Origin: Eledone cirrhosa
Lineage: Eukaryota
Reading direction: 5' to 3'
DNA: 64,000 bases
NCBI GenBank assembly: GCA_964016885.1
Contig: OZ024741.1
Span: 230,764,001-230,828,000, forward strand
Shown here: positions 12,151 to 26,048 of the stretch, piece after piece
Layout: every line of letters begins with the position of its first letter
Numbering within the stretch: position 1 is the stretch's first letter
Notes under the pieces: model-generated
Databases searched by the model: none
Told to the model about the DNA's origin: nothing
The model's input: only the letters and a program-made list of their open reading frames with translations
Position numbers and translations under genes: made by a program

Positions 12151-13681
12151 AGTGTGTCGATACCCTATAGATCTATCTCGGCATGAGACATGTGATGCAG
12201 GATGTATTTGTTTTCAGTTGTGACCATCATCATTGAGATGATAGACGTTATACCTGTGTAATATGTGTTAGCGAGATTGTTCTGTAACTAGGATGGACAG
12301 AGAGTGAGACAGATATGTAGAGAGGAAAACAGATATATAAATAGATAGATTTAAAGAGAAAGAGAAAGAAAGAAAGAAAAAGAAGCAGGAAGTTATACAG
12401 AGAGAGAAAGAGAGTGGAGTTACAGATTGAACATTTTGATAAAGAAAGCGCTAACATAACTTGGGACTGATGGAAGACACAACTTCCGAACAGGTTTACT
12501 TGTCAGGTAATGAATTGATTTTACATTTTGCAACTCAGAACTCGTTTGGTGAAAATGGAATCATAGCAAATGAGGAAGTAGAGACGTTTTTTTTTTTAGT
12601 GGGAGCAATGTAGGGCTGGAAAAAAGTGACGTAAATTATGGATAAAATGAAAACATAGCAAACGTGAGTCAAGAAAAAAAAAAAATAGCGATCTTGAAGA
12701 AAAGAGTGCTACAGATTTGGTGGCTCTCTCAAACGTTGTGATGCTGAATGGAAATTTGTGGTTAAGACGTGGTGCATAATTAGAATCCTCTTTAAAATTG
12801 CCCAGAAGCCACTTCACCCATTTTGTTTTAAGCGTGTGTATGAATTAATGAAGAATGTAAACAGAAATTATGACTTGAAAATGGCTTTGCTGATAAATGT
12901 CGGAAGAGAAACATATATTCTATCTTTAATATTATAGCGGTTTGAATATTAATAATATATTCTAATTATTATGAATTTTCCATGTTTTGTGAGTTTATTT
13001 ATCTCTAATCTTTTCAGAAATCCAACATTAGCCTTTATTCAAGAAAATCTCGTCCTATATTAATGTAATTTATCACATATCATCTTACACTGATGCCATC
13101 ATTATGTTGAGTTTAATGCATACAATATTTAATCGATATAACACTCTTACAACACAGATTATATTTGCAAAGAATCCTAATTATTTTAACATTCTAAACT
13201 GTCTGAAGCACTTATGCAATTTATATTTAGACGTACAGTAATCATAATATACCGCTTAGTCAAGAGGCTACAGAGTGCCTGTGACACTTTTCATGGAAAA
13301 CCTTAGCAGAATGCTTGCAACAGAGTGGACACTGTTCATAATTATAAAGTGTGTGTCAACATGGATGGCTGACTAATTTACCACCCAATTAATACTAACA
13401 ACGTTTCTCATCTAAAACCCAAGCTTCATTTCCGCGGCGCTGATCAGATCATATGTTTACATTTTATTCACACAAAACATGACTCCATAATGACTGGTCC
13501 TTCGGGGTATCTAACTGATAGATTTTATTAACTCGTAAAGGAGGTGCCATTGATTAAATCAACAATTATTTTCGCCTGTTTCTCGTATTTTGAAACGGAT
13601 TGCTAATTTGGAAAATTAATGAGGATTAATGAGGCAAGATTAAACAAAATATTTATTATGGCGCTGTTTATCCCTAAATTG

Positions 13682-13910
13682 TGGAGGCACGTGGCTGAGG
13701 AATATGGTTGGGGGATCGATTCTTAAACTGGGCTGTGTGTTCATGAGGAAAACAGTTCATTTCACATTGCTTTAATATATTCAGCTGAAATGTATTCTCA
13801 CAATAGATGGATGTTTAACCCTGCTATGGACTGGCTTACAGTCCAGAGAAGAGTCGTGCACTGTCAGTCACTTAAAACATGGAAGCCGAGATAATCACCA
13901 GCCTTATTAG
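13682..13910 (+). mobile_element. Decayed tRNA-derived CORE-type SINE
   Basis: GGAGGCACGTGGCTGAG...GATCGATTC...TTTCACATTGCT resembles the head at 33701. Confidence 0.45.
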
Positions 13911-14599
13911 CCTCCGGGTTTGAGACACTCAACTCTAGATCGGACTTGGTAGAGCATACGTACAATCAAATGTGGTCCCATCGTGATACCCCCTGTCCAA
14001 TTTAGGAATAGTGTATCTATAAATGCACTCTAAAAACTGACCTTCTACCTCCTACATTGAATAGAGTATTGTATAATTTATGGAATATTTAATTAGTATT
14101 TCTAGAAGTTCATTATACAAAGCGGAGACTGCTATTTTGACTCGTGTTCTGTGGCGTGTTTGTAGAATAATGCCACATGCAGATGAATATAAGAATGTTT
14201 AAGACATCGGTCAAACTGTGAGGGTTGATCCTATAACTGAAGAATTATCTATATAGGAACTTATCGTGTCAAACATGACTAGATAGATGTTGGTTTACGT
14301 GAAGTTTAGAAATGAATTATTTTAGAGTGGTCCACCTTTAATAAAAATGTTAATACAATATGCTCAATTAAGATATTTCTAAAGTTAGGGAAAATGTTGT
14401 CTATGCAACATTAACATATATATGAGACCAAAGACTTAAAGGTAGGATATACAATATTCAATAGGGGTTGCAGAAGGGGGATTAAAAAGGAAAGATACAA
14501 ATTGAGGTGTAGAGGTAATTTTATGATGTATTTGTTAAATGCCACTTGCGAAAGCGTCTTGGTGAAGCGTGAGGTGACATGATGACACATAACTACAAT

Positions 14600-15950
14600 A
14601 AGGAGGTTAATGATACCATACGATCCGGAAAATGGCTTACAAATCTTGGCAAATAATCCCCCTTTCGTACACATGGTACATCAAGCGTGGTAGGTCGCAG
14701 CATAGACAGTAATGACATCAATATTAATGACATGGGAGGCGTTTGGGGATAAACTTGAATCCGACGAGATTAGCAAATGCAGTATTCTGGCAGACTTTCC
14801 GCTACTCAAATGTGGATAGGCTTCGTAGGAATAAGAAATCAGGCACGAAATTATAGAAGCCTTAAATAGAGAAGTTACTTCCTGGCTTAAACGTGTGTAT
14901 CGAGTAGTCTGGATCGCTGTAAAGGCGTCGAAGAAATGACAATCGGTAGGATAGTCCTAATTAGAAAAACAAGGTTTCTCCAATGTTAGAGTGATCATAC
15001 TTTTAAGTCCTCCGCCTGCGCAACCCCCAGTAAAGTCTATGCCGAGTGTCTGGCAAAGAGACGTTGGGTTATTGTCAAATCAAAATAGCTGACGAACATT
15101 ATGATTTTCGCCCCGGAGGCAGAACTGCCGAGGGAACATTCATACCGCGGGAGGTTTTTGAGAGATCGTGGGTGTGTTGCCAATACATGTATGCTTGAAT
15201 CGTCGGCCCAGGAGTGTTTGAAGAGGGTTTTGCACGAATTATAAGACCGATGGACAGCCTTTTGTTGCACTGAAGTCTATATAAGAATGCCCTAGAATGT
15301 GTTAGTATAAATGGTGCTGAGTTGCACTCGACCAAAGGTGCGTAATCTAACATATGTTTATAACCTTCTTGAAGAGTATTGACGTGGGTAACCATGTTGG
15401 AAGTGATATCAATACTGCTGAATGTACGAACAGGTATCTGGCATTTACAGACGAAATGACATTACGTTTATCTCCGACTGGCAATTAATAGTTATGCTGC
15501 TGAATGCTACACGCCAGATATTTCAGCTCTCAAGGCCCACGCAGTGCATTCTATATATGAGTGAAGTTCTACTGTAACAGGAGAAAAAGCTTAATTATCT
15601 CTTGGCCAATTCAGGGGTCTGAATTAAGTGCAACAATTACAAGAGGTGGTGCATCAAAACACCAGTTTCAGTATTCTTTCATTAACAGAAAGCATGTAGG
15701 TGTAAAAGCAACACTCGCTATATTAATTCTGCATCCCTGATAAATAGCAGCCATGGTAATGTCTGCAAGGATACGATGGTGAATACAAGCTGCCTAAATG
15801 AGGTTCCTCCACCATGGATACCAGAGAATCACAGCAGGTAGAAGCAATACTTGCGGGATCACAACTCTGATGATGACGAACGTGATCAGAATATCTACGG
15901 AATGAATTCATGGACTGCTTTTACGGACAATAGCAACCATCTGGATATCG
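14600..15950 (+). mobile_element. Old RTE-like LINE RT remnant
   Basis: Manual translation across frames gives EIRHEIIEALN..WL, LLSPP, KVYAECLAKR and DFRPGGRT..F..EVFERSW, matching non-LTR RT domains 0-2. Confidence 0.55.
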
Positions 15951-15980
15951 AGTAGTTGATTGCTGGATAACATCGAATAG

Positions 15981-16050
<70 letters not shown>

Positions 16051-16798
16051 AGAATCAAAGCTATCTTCAAAGCATTTATTCACTTACAATTGTTTCATCC
16101 AAACCTAGGCTTGGAGTTTTCGGAACAATTTTCAATGTTTGTACACATAATTGACCTCCTTTCCAACGCAAGATACATACAGATACATATATATATATAT
16201 ATTGATGTTCAGTGGAGTGACATATATTATACTATATTATTTCCGTATAGCAATTCAAATTCAAAGTCAAACTCAAAATTAAAATTAAAACAAAATTAAA
16301 ACAAAATTTAAATACATTCGGCAGTTAACGCAGATAATGCAAGAGGATAGTTTGTTAGTCAGATGTAGAAGTTAGTGTATGCGTTAGTTACACGTGGGGC
16401 ATGCAAGTGTGTCCCATTCATATATGATTATTGCGTGGCAGGGTGTTACATGTAATACAAGCACTTTCATTGGGTATATCTATATGCATATATTTATACA
16501 TATATATGTATTAAAATAAGACAACCGTAAACATACAAAACAAATAATGTTATTACATTCACACTTAGTTGAAATGTGGAGAAACGAGAATATAACCTAT
16601 CGGATTTAGCTCTTCGTCAGGAGATACAGTATAAAGGTAGAAGGTATATATTTTCAGACTGAAGTGAGATTGTAGAAAAGGAACAAGAGGAAAGTAGATA
16701 AAAGAGGAGAGAAGTTTACGTAAGATTTGTATGATGAATAATTGAAAAAAAAGTTTTCGTATTCCGAAGTCTGGGTAAACCACTGCTGATCCGTGGAC

Positions 16799-16866
16799 AT
16801 GTATGTATGTATGTATGTATGTATGTATGTATGTATGTATGTATGTATGTATGTATGTATGTATGT
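16799..16866. repeat. (ATGT)n microsatellite
   Basis: Direct reading. Confidence 0.97.
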
Positions 16867-17484
16867 TCTGCTAAAATATACTAAAATATACTAAAATATA
16901 TAAATCCTTATTTATATTTTACATTTTACATTTACTTACATCTCAATATAACATGGCTAAAATTCTAATTTTGCAAAGAGAAGAAAACGGTCAAATGAAC
17001 TAGATACATCTCACTGTCCCCCACCACCACAATAACGTCTACACTCACTCCCCACCATCACATTACCCTATCTAGACTAAAGTCATCGACCTGTTGTCAA
17101 ACTCTCTACTCTCTGTTGAATGTGTATATATATATATATGTATGTATATATGTGTGTATTACATGACTCAGTCAAACGACCAGATTTCAACCCCAACATC
17201 TACAACAACAACACCGGCACTAATGTTGACAGCAACAACAACAGCTTCAGAATGAACTGAAATGAACATTTACAACAACAACAACAGCGGCATCGAAAGT
17301 TAAAAAAAAGAAAGGGAAGGGAAAAAAAAAAAAGGAAAAAAAAAAAAAGGAAAAATAACAAAACACACACACACACGCACACAACACAACAACCACATCA
17401 ACTGCCACCACCACCACTACCGTCGCCGCCATCACCATCACCAGCGACCGGGCCTTAAGAAAACAACTTTAATAATAATTTTTC

Positions 17485-17615
17485 TGCTTTTGGCACGGAT
17501 CCAGCGACTGGGCCAGCGCATCACTGGTACTCTCTTTTGTTGACTCCGTGGGGATGAAAGGCAAGGTTGACCTCGGCGGTATTTGAGCTCAGAGCGTGGA
17601 GGGCCGTGACTCTCT
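17485..17615 (-). mobile_element. SINE fragment (OK-like)
   Basis: GGATGAAAGGCAAGGTTGACCTCGGCGGTATTTGAGCTCAG. Confidence 0.7.
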
Positions 17616-17891
17616 GTTGTAAAGCAATTATAATAATACTGGACTGTAGTACGATCGGCTTCAAATAATACAAACTCTTGAAAATCAACAGTTGACATAA
17701 TCTTGTAATCTTGTATCAGTAATGGCGGTAATATATATATAAATATATATGTGTGTGTGTGTAAGTGAGTAGAGTAGCGTGTGTGTGTTTGTTTGTATGT
17801 ATGAGTGTTGCTGTGTGCGCGCATATGTATGCGCGTGTGTGTGTCGTACGTATAAGTGTCAATAAGTGATTTTTTTTTTTTTTTTTTTTGC

Positions 17892-20800
17892 GCGGGGACA
17901 TAGAAATAATCGCGCTGGATGCCCGATCGCGCAGTTAAACCACTGGGAGTGAAGAACCTCTAGTCCTTGTCAGGGCATTCTTCTAGGAGAATGCATCTCA
18001 GGAAACTGGGTTAACTCTGACATAAAACCTGCGGCTCAGTAGTTACCGATGATGTTGATTTTTTAATTCTTTTCGGGTTATAGCTACTGTCGCTCAGAGA
18101 GTGGGATTGGCTCAGTGCACAGTCTTTCCTCACTTTAAAAATATTCGTCACGCACAGGCATTGCACGAGTGCATTAATAATTATTAATAGTGTACTATTA
18201 TTATTATTATTATTATTATTACTATTATTATTACTTTTTTTTTTTTTTTTTCCAATTCAATGATGTTCCAGAACAATATAAAATAGATAATTGGCAATTT
18301 AGGTTCTGGAACAAAAAAGATCATTGGCAATAAGGGCAGGGGCCCCAGGTTATCACAGCCTGGGCCCGCTCGTCATCGTGCCAATGTAATAGAGCCAAAC
18401 AAGGCATTTAGTCTTGGCTGCTGGAACGTACGGACGCTGCTTGACAGGGATTCCTTGGGGCGTCCTGAACGAAGGACCGCTCTTGTTGCAAAGGAGCTTC
18501 GACGTTACGTCTTGACATCGTGGCTTTATCTGAGACGAGGCTAGCTGGAGATGGTCATCTTACGGAATTTTGTGGAGAATATACATTCTTCTGGAAAGGA
18601 AGAGATGAAGGAACCAGAAGAGAGGCTGGGGTAGGATTTGCTGTTAAGACTGTGCTTGTGAACAAATTAGAAGAATTCTCAGTAGGGATTAGTGAGCGTC
18701 TTATGTCCATGAGAGTTCCGCTGGACAAGGGAAGATATGCTACCCTGGTGAGTGTGTATGCTCCAACTATGAGTTCGGTCGATGAGGAAAAGGTGTCCTT
18801 TTACCATGCCCTGAAGTGTGTTTTAAGAAATATCCCTCAGGCAGACAAAGTCATCGTGCTTGGTGACTTTAATGCTAGGGTGGATAGGGATTTTAACACA
18901 TGGAATGTAATCGGAAGGCATGGGGTGGGAAAGTGTAACAGCAATGGTATGCTCCTGCTGCAGATGTGTGAGGAGCTGGATCTGTGTGTTACCAACACCA
19001 TGTTCAAACAAAAGAACAAATTCAAGACCACATGGATGCATCCTGCATCTAAGGAATGGCATCTTTTGGACTACGTCCTAGTCAGGATGCGTGACAGACA
19101 GGATGTGCAGTGTGTTCGTGTTCTTCGTGGAGCTGAGTGCTGGACGGACCACCGCCTGGTACGCGCAAAAGTGAAACTAATCCCTAAACGTAAAATCCGG
19201 GCTCCTGGTGTTGCCCTGCCCAAAAGATTGAATGCTGTTCGTCTTAAGGATAAAAATGTGAAGAGGACATTGGAAGAAGAGATGCAGGCTGCAGATCTTG
19301 GTCAGGATTGGCCGACCCTTAAAAAGTCGGTTTATGATGTAGGCAGGCGTGTTGTGGGATTGGCGCAGAGGAAACATCAGGACTGGTTTGATGAGAATGA
19401 TGTACATATAGAAGACTTGTTGGATGATAAGAGGCGTGCTCTGTCACGCTAGTTGACGGCAAAACCACAGGAGAGAAATACGTTGCATGAGGAACTCAGG
19501 GATGTAAAATCACGTGTTAGGTGAAGTCTTTCTCAGATGAAGGATCAGTGGTGGAGTGAGAAGGCTGGTGAGATACAAACTGCGTCTGATTCCAATAACA
19601 CAAAGCTGTTGTACAGTCTCTTGCGTGCGGTTTATGGACCGTCTTCTTCTCTGGTGACACCGCTTCGCAGCAAGGATGGCAAAGAACTTCTTCGTGACTC
19701 ACAATGAATTCTACGAAGGTGGCGAGAGCACTTTGATGATCTTTTGAATCAGCCGTCTGTCGTCAGTGAAGATTTCCTCAATCTCATTCCAGAAAGTCCT
19801 GTGAAAGTAGCTCTCGCAGAACCTCCGACGCTTGTGGAGGTTGCAGTGGCTGTTTCGAAGCTGAACAGTGGAAGATCTCCAGGTATGGATGGCATACATG
19901 CTGAGCTCCTACAATATGGTGGTGAGAGACTCCTGCAACATCTTCACTCTTTGTTTCGCAGGATATGGGCTAATGAATCCGCACCTGAGGACTGGAGAGA
20001 TGCAGTAATGGTGGTCTTGTACAAGGGAAAGGGTAACAGGAACGATTGTGGGAACTACAGAGGTATATCATTGCTTTCTGTCGTAGGGAATGTTTTATGT
20101 AGGGTGCTTTTGGATCATCTGCTGACACACATTGCAGATTGTGTTCTTCCTGAAAGTGAATCTGGTTTTCGTGCTGGACGCGGCACTATGATCTGATCTT
20201 CTTAGCTAGACAGCTCCAGGAGAAGTGCAAGGAACAAGGCTTGGATCTGTATCAGGTTTTTGTCGATCTGACAAAAGTTTTCGATACTGTTAACAGAGAT
20301 GCATTATGGAAGGTTCTCCAGAAACTTGGTTGCCCTGATAAGTTCCTTGCTTTAGTTAGGTCTTTCCATGACGACATGAAGGCTTGGGTTAATGTCGGGG
20401 GTAACATGTCGGAGCCTATCTCAGTAAAAAATGGAGTGAAACAGGGGGATATTCCAGCACCGACCCTGTTTGCCATATACTTTGCAATGGTTTTCTGTAT
20501 TGCATTCAGGAATTGCGAGCATGGTGTTTACATCCGATATCGAACCTCAGGCAGCGTATTTAACATCAGGAGCTTTGCCGCGAAGACAAAAGTATTTACA
20601 TCAATCATAAGAGACCTCTTGTATGCAGATGATTGCGATCTTGTAGCGCACACAGAGAGTGATATGCAGCACATTTTGAATACATTTTCTGACGCTTGCA
20701 CTGCCCTAGGTCTGATTGTCAGTCTCAAGAAAACCGTCGTCATGTACCAACCTGCCCCTGGTAAGCAGTACACTGAACCACACATCTATGTGTATGGCAA

Positions 20801-21803
20801 ACGACTTGGAGTGGTTGATCAGTTTGTCTACCTGGGAAGCACTGTCAATCGATACAGCAACCTTGACAGCGAAATCTCACTTAGGATTAGGAAAGCAAGT
20901 GATGCTTTCGGAAAGCTAGAAAGGCGACTCTGGGGTCGGCGAGACATATGCAGGAGGCCAAAGGTAAAGGTGTACAGGGCATGTGTGCTCTCTTGTCTTC
21001 TTTATGCCTGCGAGACCTGGGTCACATATCGACACCGCCTTAAGCAATTGGAGCGTTTCCATCAGATGTGTCTCAGACGGATCCATGGCGTTCACTGGAG
21101 GGACCACATCAGTGAAGACGAGATTTTGGAAAGCTCTATGTGTGACAGTATAGAAGCTCTTGTGCTTAAGCAACGACTCCGTTGGAGTGGTCACCTTACC
21201 AGGATGAAGGATTCTAGAATACCAAAACAACTCTTTTATGGAGAGTTGGTTAAAGGAAAACGACCGCCACATAAACCAAAAAAGAGGTATAAGGATTCCT
21301 TGAAAGCCTCTCTGAAACACGCTAACATCTCTGCTGATACATGGGAGAATATTGCTGCTGATCGTAATAAATGGAGAAAGACTGTATATGAGGGAGAAGT
21401 TGCCTTTGAGGCATCTCGAATCGCATACGAGAAAGTAAAGCGGGATGTGAGGAATGGCATTGATGTTGCACTTACAGACGTCGAGGGTCCTCCTATGGTG
21501 CTGACATGCAGCGTATGTGCGAGACTCTGCCTAAGCAAAGCTGGACTCGAAAGTCATCTTCGCAGTCATAAAGTAAGACTAGTTGTTGACTACCAGGCTG
21601 CTGTTGGAGATGCTACTCATCATGCTTGCCAAACATGTGGTAGAGAATGTAAATCAGCAGGAGGGCTCAAGCGACATGCAAAAGTACACGAACTCCAACC
21701 ACAGCCGACTATTCCCAGTGAATGTTTTGGTTGCCGACTCTGTGCAAGACATTTTAGATTATTGGCTGGGTTAAAAAGCCACATTCGATCGCAGCGCTGT
21801 TAG
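17892..21803 (+). mobile_element. Near full-length RTE-clade LINE (5' UTR-like region, APE, RT, C2H2 fingers)
   Basis: APE motifs WNVRTL, ALSETRL, VYAPT, LGDFNARV, LDYVLV and TDHRL; RT motifs NYRGISLLS, QGDIPAP and LYADD. The 5' boundary is uncertain. Confidence 0.93.
18410..21803 (+). pseudogene. RTE ORF (APE-RT-C2H2 zinc fingers) with stops and frameshifts
   Basis: Split into ORFs 18520-19452, 19744-20196 and 20241-21803. Confidence 0.92.
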
Positions 21804-21939
21804 TTGCTATCGTGTGTGTGTGTGTGTGTAGATATGCTTATGTGTGTGCGTGTGTGTGTATATATATATATGTATATGTATATTATTATTGCTGTTGTCG
21901 TTATTATTATTGTTGTTATGATTATTATTATTATTATTA

Positions 21940-21984
21940 ATGTATGTTTGTGTGTATATGTGTGTGTGTGAGTGTGTGTGTGTG

Positions 21985-22039
<55 letters not shown>

Positions 22040-22883
22040 CTTTTTTTTTTCTTTTTATTTATTTATTATTATTATTATTTTTTTCTCCTCGTGCAATGGC
22101 CATACTCGATAACGAGGGGGCAGCCATCATGTATGTATGTATGTATGTATGTATGTATGTATGTATGTATGTATGTATCTATGTATGTATGTATGTATGT
22201 ATGTATGTATGTATGTATATATACACATGTATGTGTATATATATGTATGTGTATATGTATATATGTGTGTATATGTATATATATATATGTATGTGTATGT
22301 ATGTATATGTGTATGTATGTATATATATATGTATATGTATATATATATGTATATGTATATGTGGATGTATGTGTATATATGTATATGTATGTATGTATGT
22401 ATATGTATATGTATGTGTATGTATATGTATATATGTATATGTGTATATATATGTATGTGTATGTATATGTATATGTGTGTATATGTATATGTATATATAT
22501 GTATGTGTGTGTATATGTATGTATATGTATGTATATGTATGTGTATGTATGTATATGTATGTATGTGTATGTATGTGTATGTATATATGTATATGTGTAT
22601 GTATGTATATATATATATATGTGTGTATATGTATGTATATGTGTATATATGTATATGTGTGTATGTATGTATATATATGTATGTGTATATGTATGTATAT
22701 ATGTATATATATGTGTATATGTATGTATATATATATATGTATATGTATGTATGTGTGTATGTGTATATGTATGTATATGTATGTATATGTGTATATGTGT
22801 GTATATATATATGTGTATATGTATGTATGTGTATGTATGTATATGTGTGTATATGTATGTATATGTATATGTATGTATATATG
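21940..22883. repeat. Long compound (TATG/TA/TG) microsatellite
   Basis: Direct reading. Source of the MYVC-rich false ORFs. Confidence 0.97.
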
Positions 22884-24113
22884 TCAGGTCACCAGTTGGT
22901 GCTACTGGTAACATGTATCCCAGTACAACCTGTCCCATGGCCGGGTCGTTGGCGACTAAACTGGCAACCCCACCAAGGTTTCTTGGTGAGGAGGGTGACT
23001 TTGGACATCCTGCAGGACTAAAAACAAAACCTGTCAAAGGGAAAAGGAGCTCTTAAGAGTCAATGGCCATCCAAAATCACCGGGAGGGATGACCCCTTAG
23101 CCTTTGTCAAGGCAGAATTCTAGGAGAAGGAAAACTCTGATATAACACCTGCAACCCTGATGGTATCCAATGATGTTGACTTGTTCTTCTTTTTGGTAAA
23201 TATCATCTTGGTTAAGAGAGTGGGACTGGCTTTGTGCAGTGCCTTTGCTCACTATAAAAGCTTCACGGCACAGGCATTGCTTTATATCTGGAGATCTCTC
23301 TGCACTTGTCGTCACATGGTACCATGGGCCCAGCACTGTGTCAGTAATTGTCACAAGTGTAGTGTTTGTACCAGAGTTTTCAAGTCGCTGGCTGGACTAA
23401 AAAGTCACACTCGTTCAGCGCATCGGTAGGGGTTCTCCTACATGGATATAAAGTAGTGGCCGTACTCGAAAACGAGTTGGCAGCCACCACCATATATACA
23501 CATATGTCAGGTCACCAGTCGGTGCTACTGGTAACATGTATCCCAGTATAACCTGCCTCATGGTCGGGTCGTTGGCGACTAAACTGGCAACCCCACCAAG
23601 GTTTCTTGGTGAGGAGGGTGACTTTGGACATCCTGCAGGACTAAAAACAAAACCTGTCATAGTGCAAAGGAGCTCTTAAGAGTTAATGGCCATCCAAAAT
23701 CAGCGGGAGAGATGACCCCTTAGCTTTAGTCAAGACAGAATTCTAGGAGAAGGAAAACTCTAATATAACACCTGCTACCGTGATGGTATCCAATGATGTT
23801 GACTTGTTCTTCTTTTTGCTAAATATCATCTTGGTTAAGAGAGTGGGACTGGCTTTGTGCAGTGCCTTTGCTCACTATAAAAGCTTCACGGCACAGGCAT
23901 TGCTTTATATCTGGAGATCTCTCTGCACATGTCGTCACATGGTACCATGGGCCCAGCAATATGTGTCAATAATTGTCACAAGTGTAGTGTTTGTACCAGA
24001 GTTTTCAAGTCGCTGGCTGGACGAAAAAGTCACACTCGTTCAGCGCATCGGTAGGGGTTCTCCTACATGGATATAAAGTAGTGGCTGTGCTCAAAAACGA
24101 GTTGGCAGCCAGC
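22883..24113 (+). mobile_element. Tandem dimer of ~620-bp non-autonomous RTE derivative (RTE 5' UTR-like part plus ZF-coding 3' end)
   Basis: Units at about 22883-23491 and 23506-24113. They contain CTAGGAGAAGGAAAACTCT and a block similar to 18045-18165, and end with HKCSVCTRVFKSLAGLKSHTRSAHR* plus an RTE-type tail. Confidence 0.7.
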
Positions 24114-24542
24114 ATATATACACATATATTCATGTAAACTCGCACTAGTAAAATTTAGATTTCTACGTTAAATTATTAATTACCATTTTACATTATGTAT
24201 TGAGTTTTGCTATTTTGTCTAATCGAACAGTCAGCGTTGCCTCTGCTCCTGTCAAACATTATCTCGTTGTGTTGGATAATGTTCTGGAATGATCGCACCA
24301 GGTGTGCTTTGGGTGTCTTCGTCACCGTTTTATATTTCATGTCAGGTGACTGAAAGAGAGACATGATGGCCCGGAAAGTAAAATTGGTGCGACATCATCT
24401 TGCCCTGTGAATTATACATTTTATTTACGACTTTTTACTTCCCAGGTGATCACATTCTGTAGGTAAATCTAATGGAAATTATCCAAGTGCACAGCTAATT
24501 TTACTGTCATCTACCACGTTTCATCCCTCCACACACACACTG

Positions 24543-24643
<101 letters not shown>

Positions 24644-24765
24644 AATATAGACATAGAATATTCGAAAATATTCTGTATGTTTATAATAAACATTTTGAAG
24701 ACCTAATCGCTATAGAATAGAATACGTCACGTATTACAATTAGATTCTCGATAAAAGCAAGGGAA

Positions 24766-24808
24766 GTAATCTACGCGTTTCATTCTCGTTAGAAATCATC
24801 AGGACTAC
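24766..24808 (-). ncRNA. Type I hammerhead ribozyme, copy 1
   Basis: GTAGTC-CTGATGA-T-TTCT(AACG)AGAA-T-GAAACGCGTA-GATTAC on the minus strand. Confidence 0.88.
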
Positions 24809-25075
24809 ATATCCAGTGCTTTTATCGAGAATGACACAGCTAGAGACTTATAGAATACTTAGCTGTGTACAGGAACTGGTTTGAAAGAGCGGTTGCCGGT
24901 CCGGCAGAAATTAGAAATTGGAATAAATGCTCTGAAATAGCGATATATATGTGAATATAGACATAGAATATTCGAAAATATTCTGTATGTTTATAATAAA
25001 CATTTTGAAGACCTAATCGCTATAGAATAGAATACGTCACGTATTACAATTAGATTCTCGATAAAAGCAAGGGAA

Positions 25076-25118
25076 GTAATCTACGCGTTTCATTCTCGTT
25101 AGAAATCATCAGGACTAC
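25076..25118 (-). ncRNA. Type I hammerhead ribozyme, copy 2
   Basis: Identical to copy 1. Confidence 0.88.
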
Positions 25119-25385
25119 ATATCCAGTGCTTTTATCGAGAATGACACAGCTAGAGACTTATAGAATACTTAGCTGTGTACAGGAACTGGTTTGAAAGAGC
25201 GGTTGCCGGTCCGGCAGAAATTAGAAATTGGAATAAATGCTCTGAAATAGCGATATATATGTGAATATAGACATAGAATATTCGAAAATATTCTGTATGT
25301 TTATAATAAACATTTTGAAGACCTAATCGCTATAGAATAGAATACGTCACGTATTACAATTAGATTCTCGATAAAAGCAAGGGAA

Positions 25386-25428
25386 GTAATCTACGCGTTT
25401 CATTCTCGTTAGAAATCATCAGGACTAC
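25386..25428 (-). ncRNA. Type I hammerhead ribozyme, copy 3
   Basis: Identical to copy 1. Confidence 0.88.
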
Positions 25429-25695
25429 ATATCCAGTGCTTTTATCGAGAATGACACAGCTAGAGACTTATAGAATACTTAGCTGTGTACAGGAACTGGT
25501 TTGAAAGAGCGGTTGCCGGTCCGGCAGAAATTAGAAATTGGAATAAATGCTCTGAAATAGCGATATATATGTGAATATAGACATAGAATATTCGAAAATA
25601 TTCTGTATGTTTATAATAAACATTTTGAAGACCCAATCGCTATAGAATAGAATACGTCACGTATTACAATTAGATTCTCGATAAAAGCAAGGGAA

Positions 25696-25738
25696 GTAAT
25701 CTACGCGTTTCATTCTCGTTAGAAATCATCAGGACTAC
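25696..25738 (-). ncRNA. Type I hammerhead ribozyme, copy 4
   Basis: Identical to copy 1. Confidence 0.88.
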
Positions 25739-26005
25739 ATATCCAGTGCTTTTATCGAGAATGACACAGCTAGAGACTTATAGAATACTTAGCTGTGTAC
25801 AGGAACTGGTTTGAAAGAGCGGTTGCCGGTCCGGCAGAAATTAGAAATTGGAATAAATGCTCTGAAATAGCGATATATATGTGAATATAGACATAGAATA
25901 TTCGAAAATATTCTGTATGTTTATAATAAACATTTTGAAGACCTAATCGCTATAGAATAGAATACGTCACGTATTACAATTAGATTCTCGATAAAAGCAA
26001 GGGAA

Positions 26006-26048
26006 GTAATCTACGCGTTTCATTCTTGTTAGAAATCATCAGGACTAC
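26006..26048 (-). ncRNA. Type I hammerhead ribozyme, copy 5
   Basis: One substitution at 26027 changes loop II from AACG to AACA. Stems and core are intact. Confidence 0.86.

Noticed and set aside
12250-14500. Possible host exons in non-repetitive AT-rich sequence
   Set aside because: No convincing ORF or splice-supported coding signal. Short exons cannot be excluded without RNA-seq.
15864-15890. CTGATGATGACGAACG
   Set aside because: No stem II, and it lies within a LINE remnant.
16575-16625. CTGACGAAGAG motif on the minus strand
   Set aside because: The GAAA box is missing. At best an unrecognisable fossil.
22883-22970. HDV-like ribozyme at the 5' end of the RTE derivative (CCAGT...CTAA-ACTGG)
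   Set aside because: I could not assemble P1, P3 and P1.1 consistently in both copies. It needs a descriptor search.
21940-23056. Long ORFs (294-370 aa) rich in Y/I/C/V/M, and similar ORFs at 188-457, 33100-33799, 39007-39679 and 41104-41543
   Set aside because: Translations of TA/CA/TATG microsatellites that lack stop codons. Not genes.
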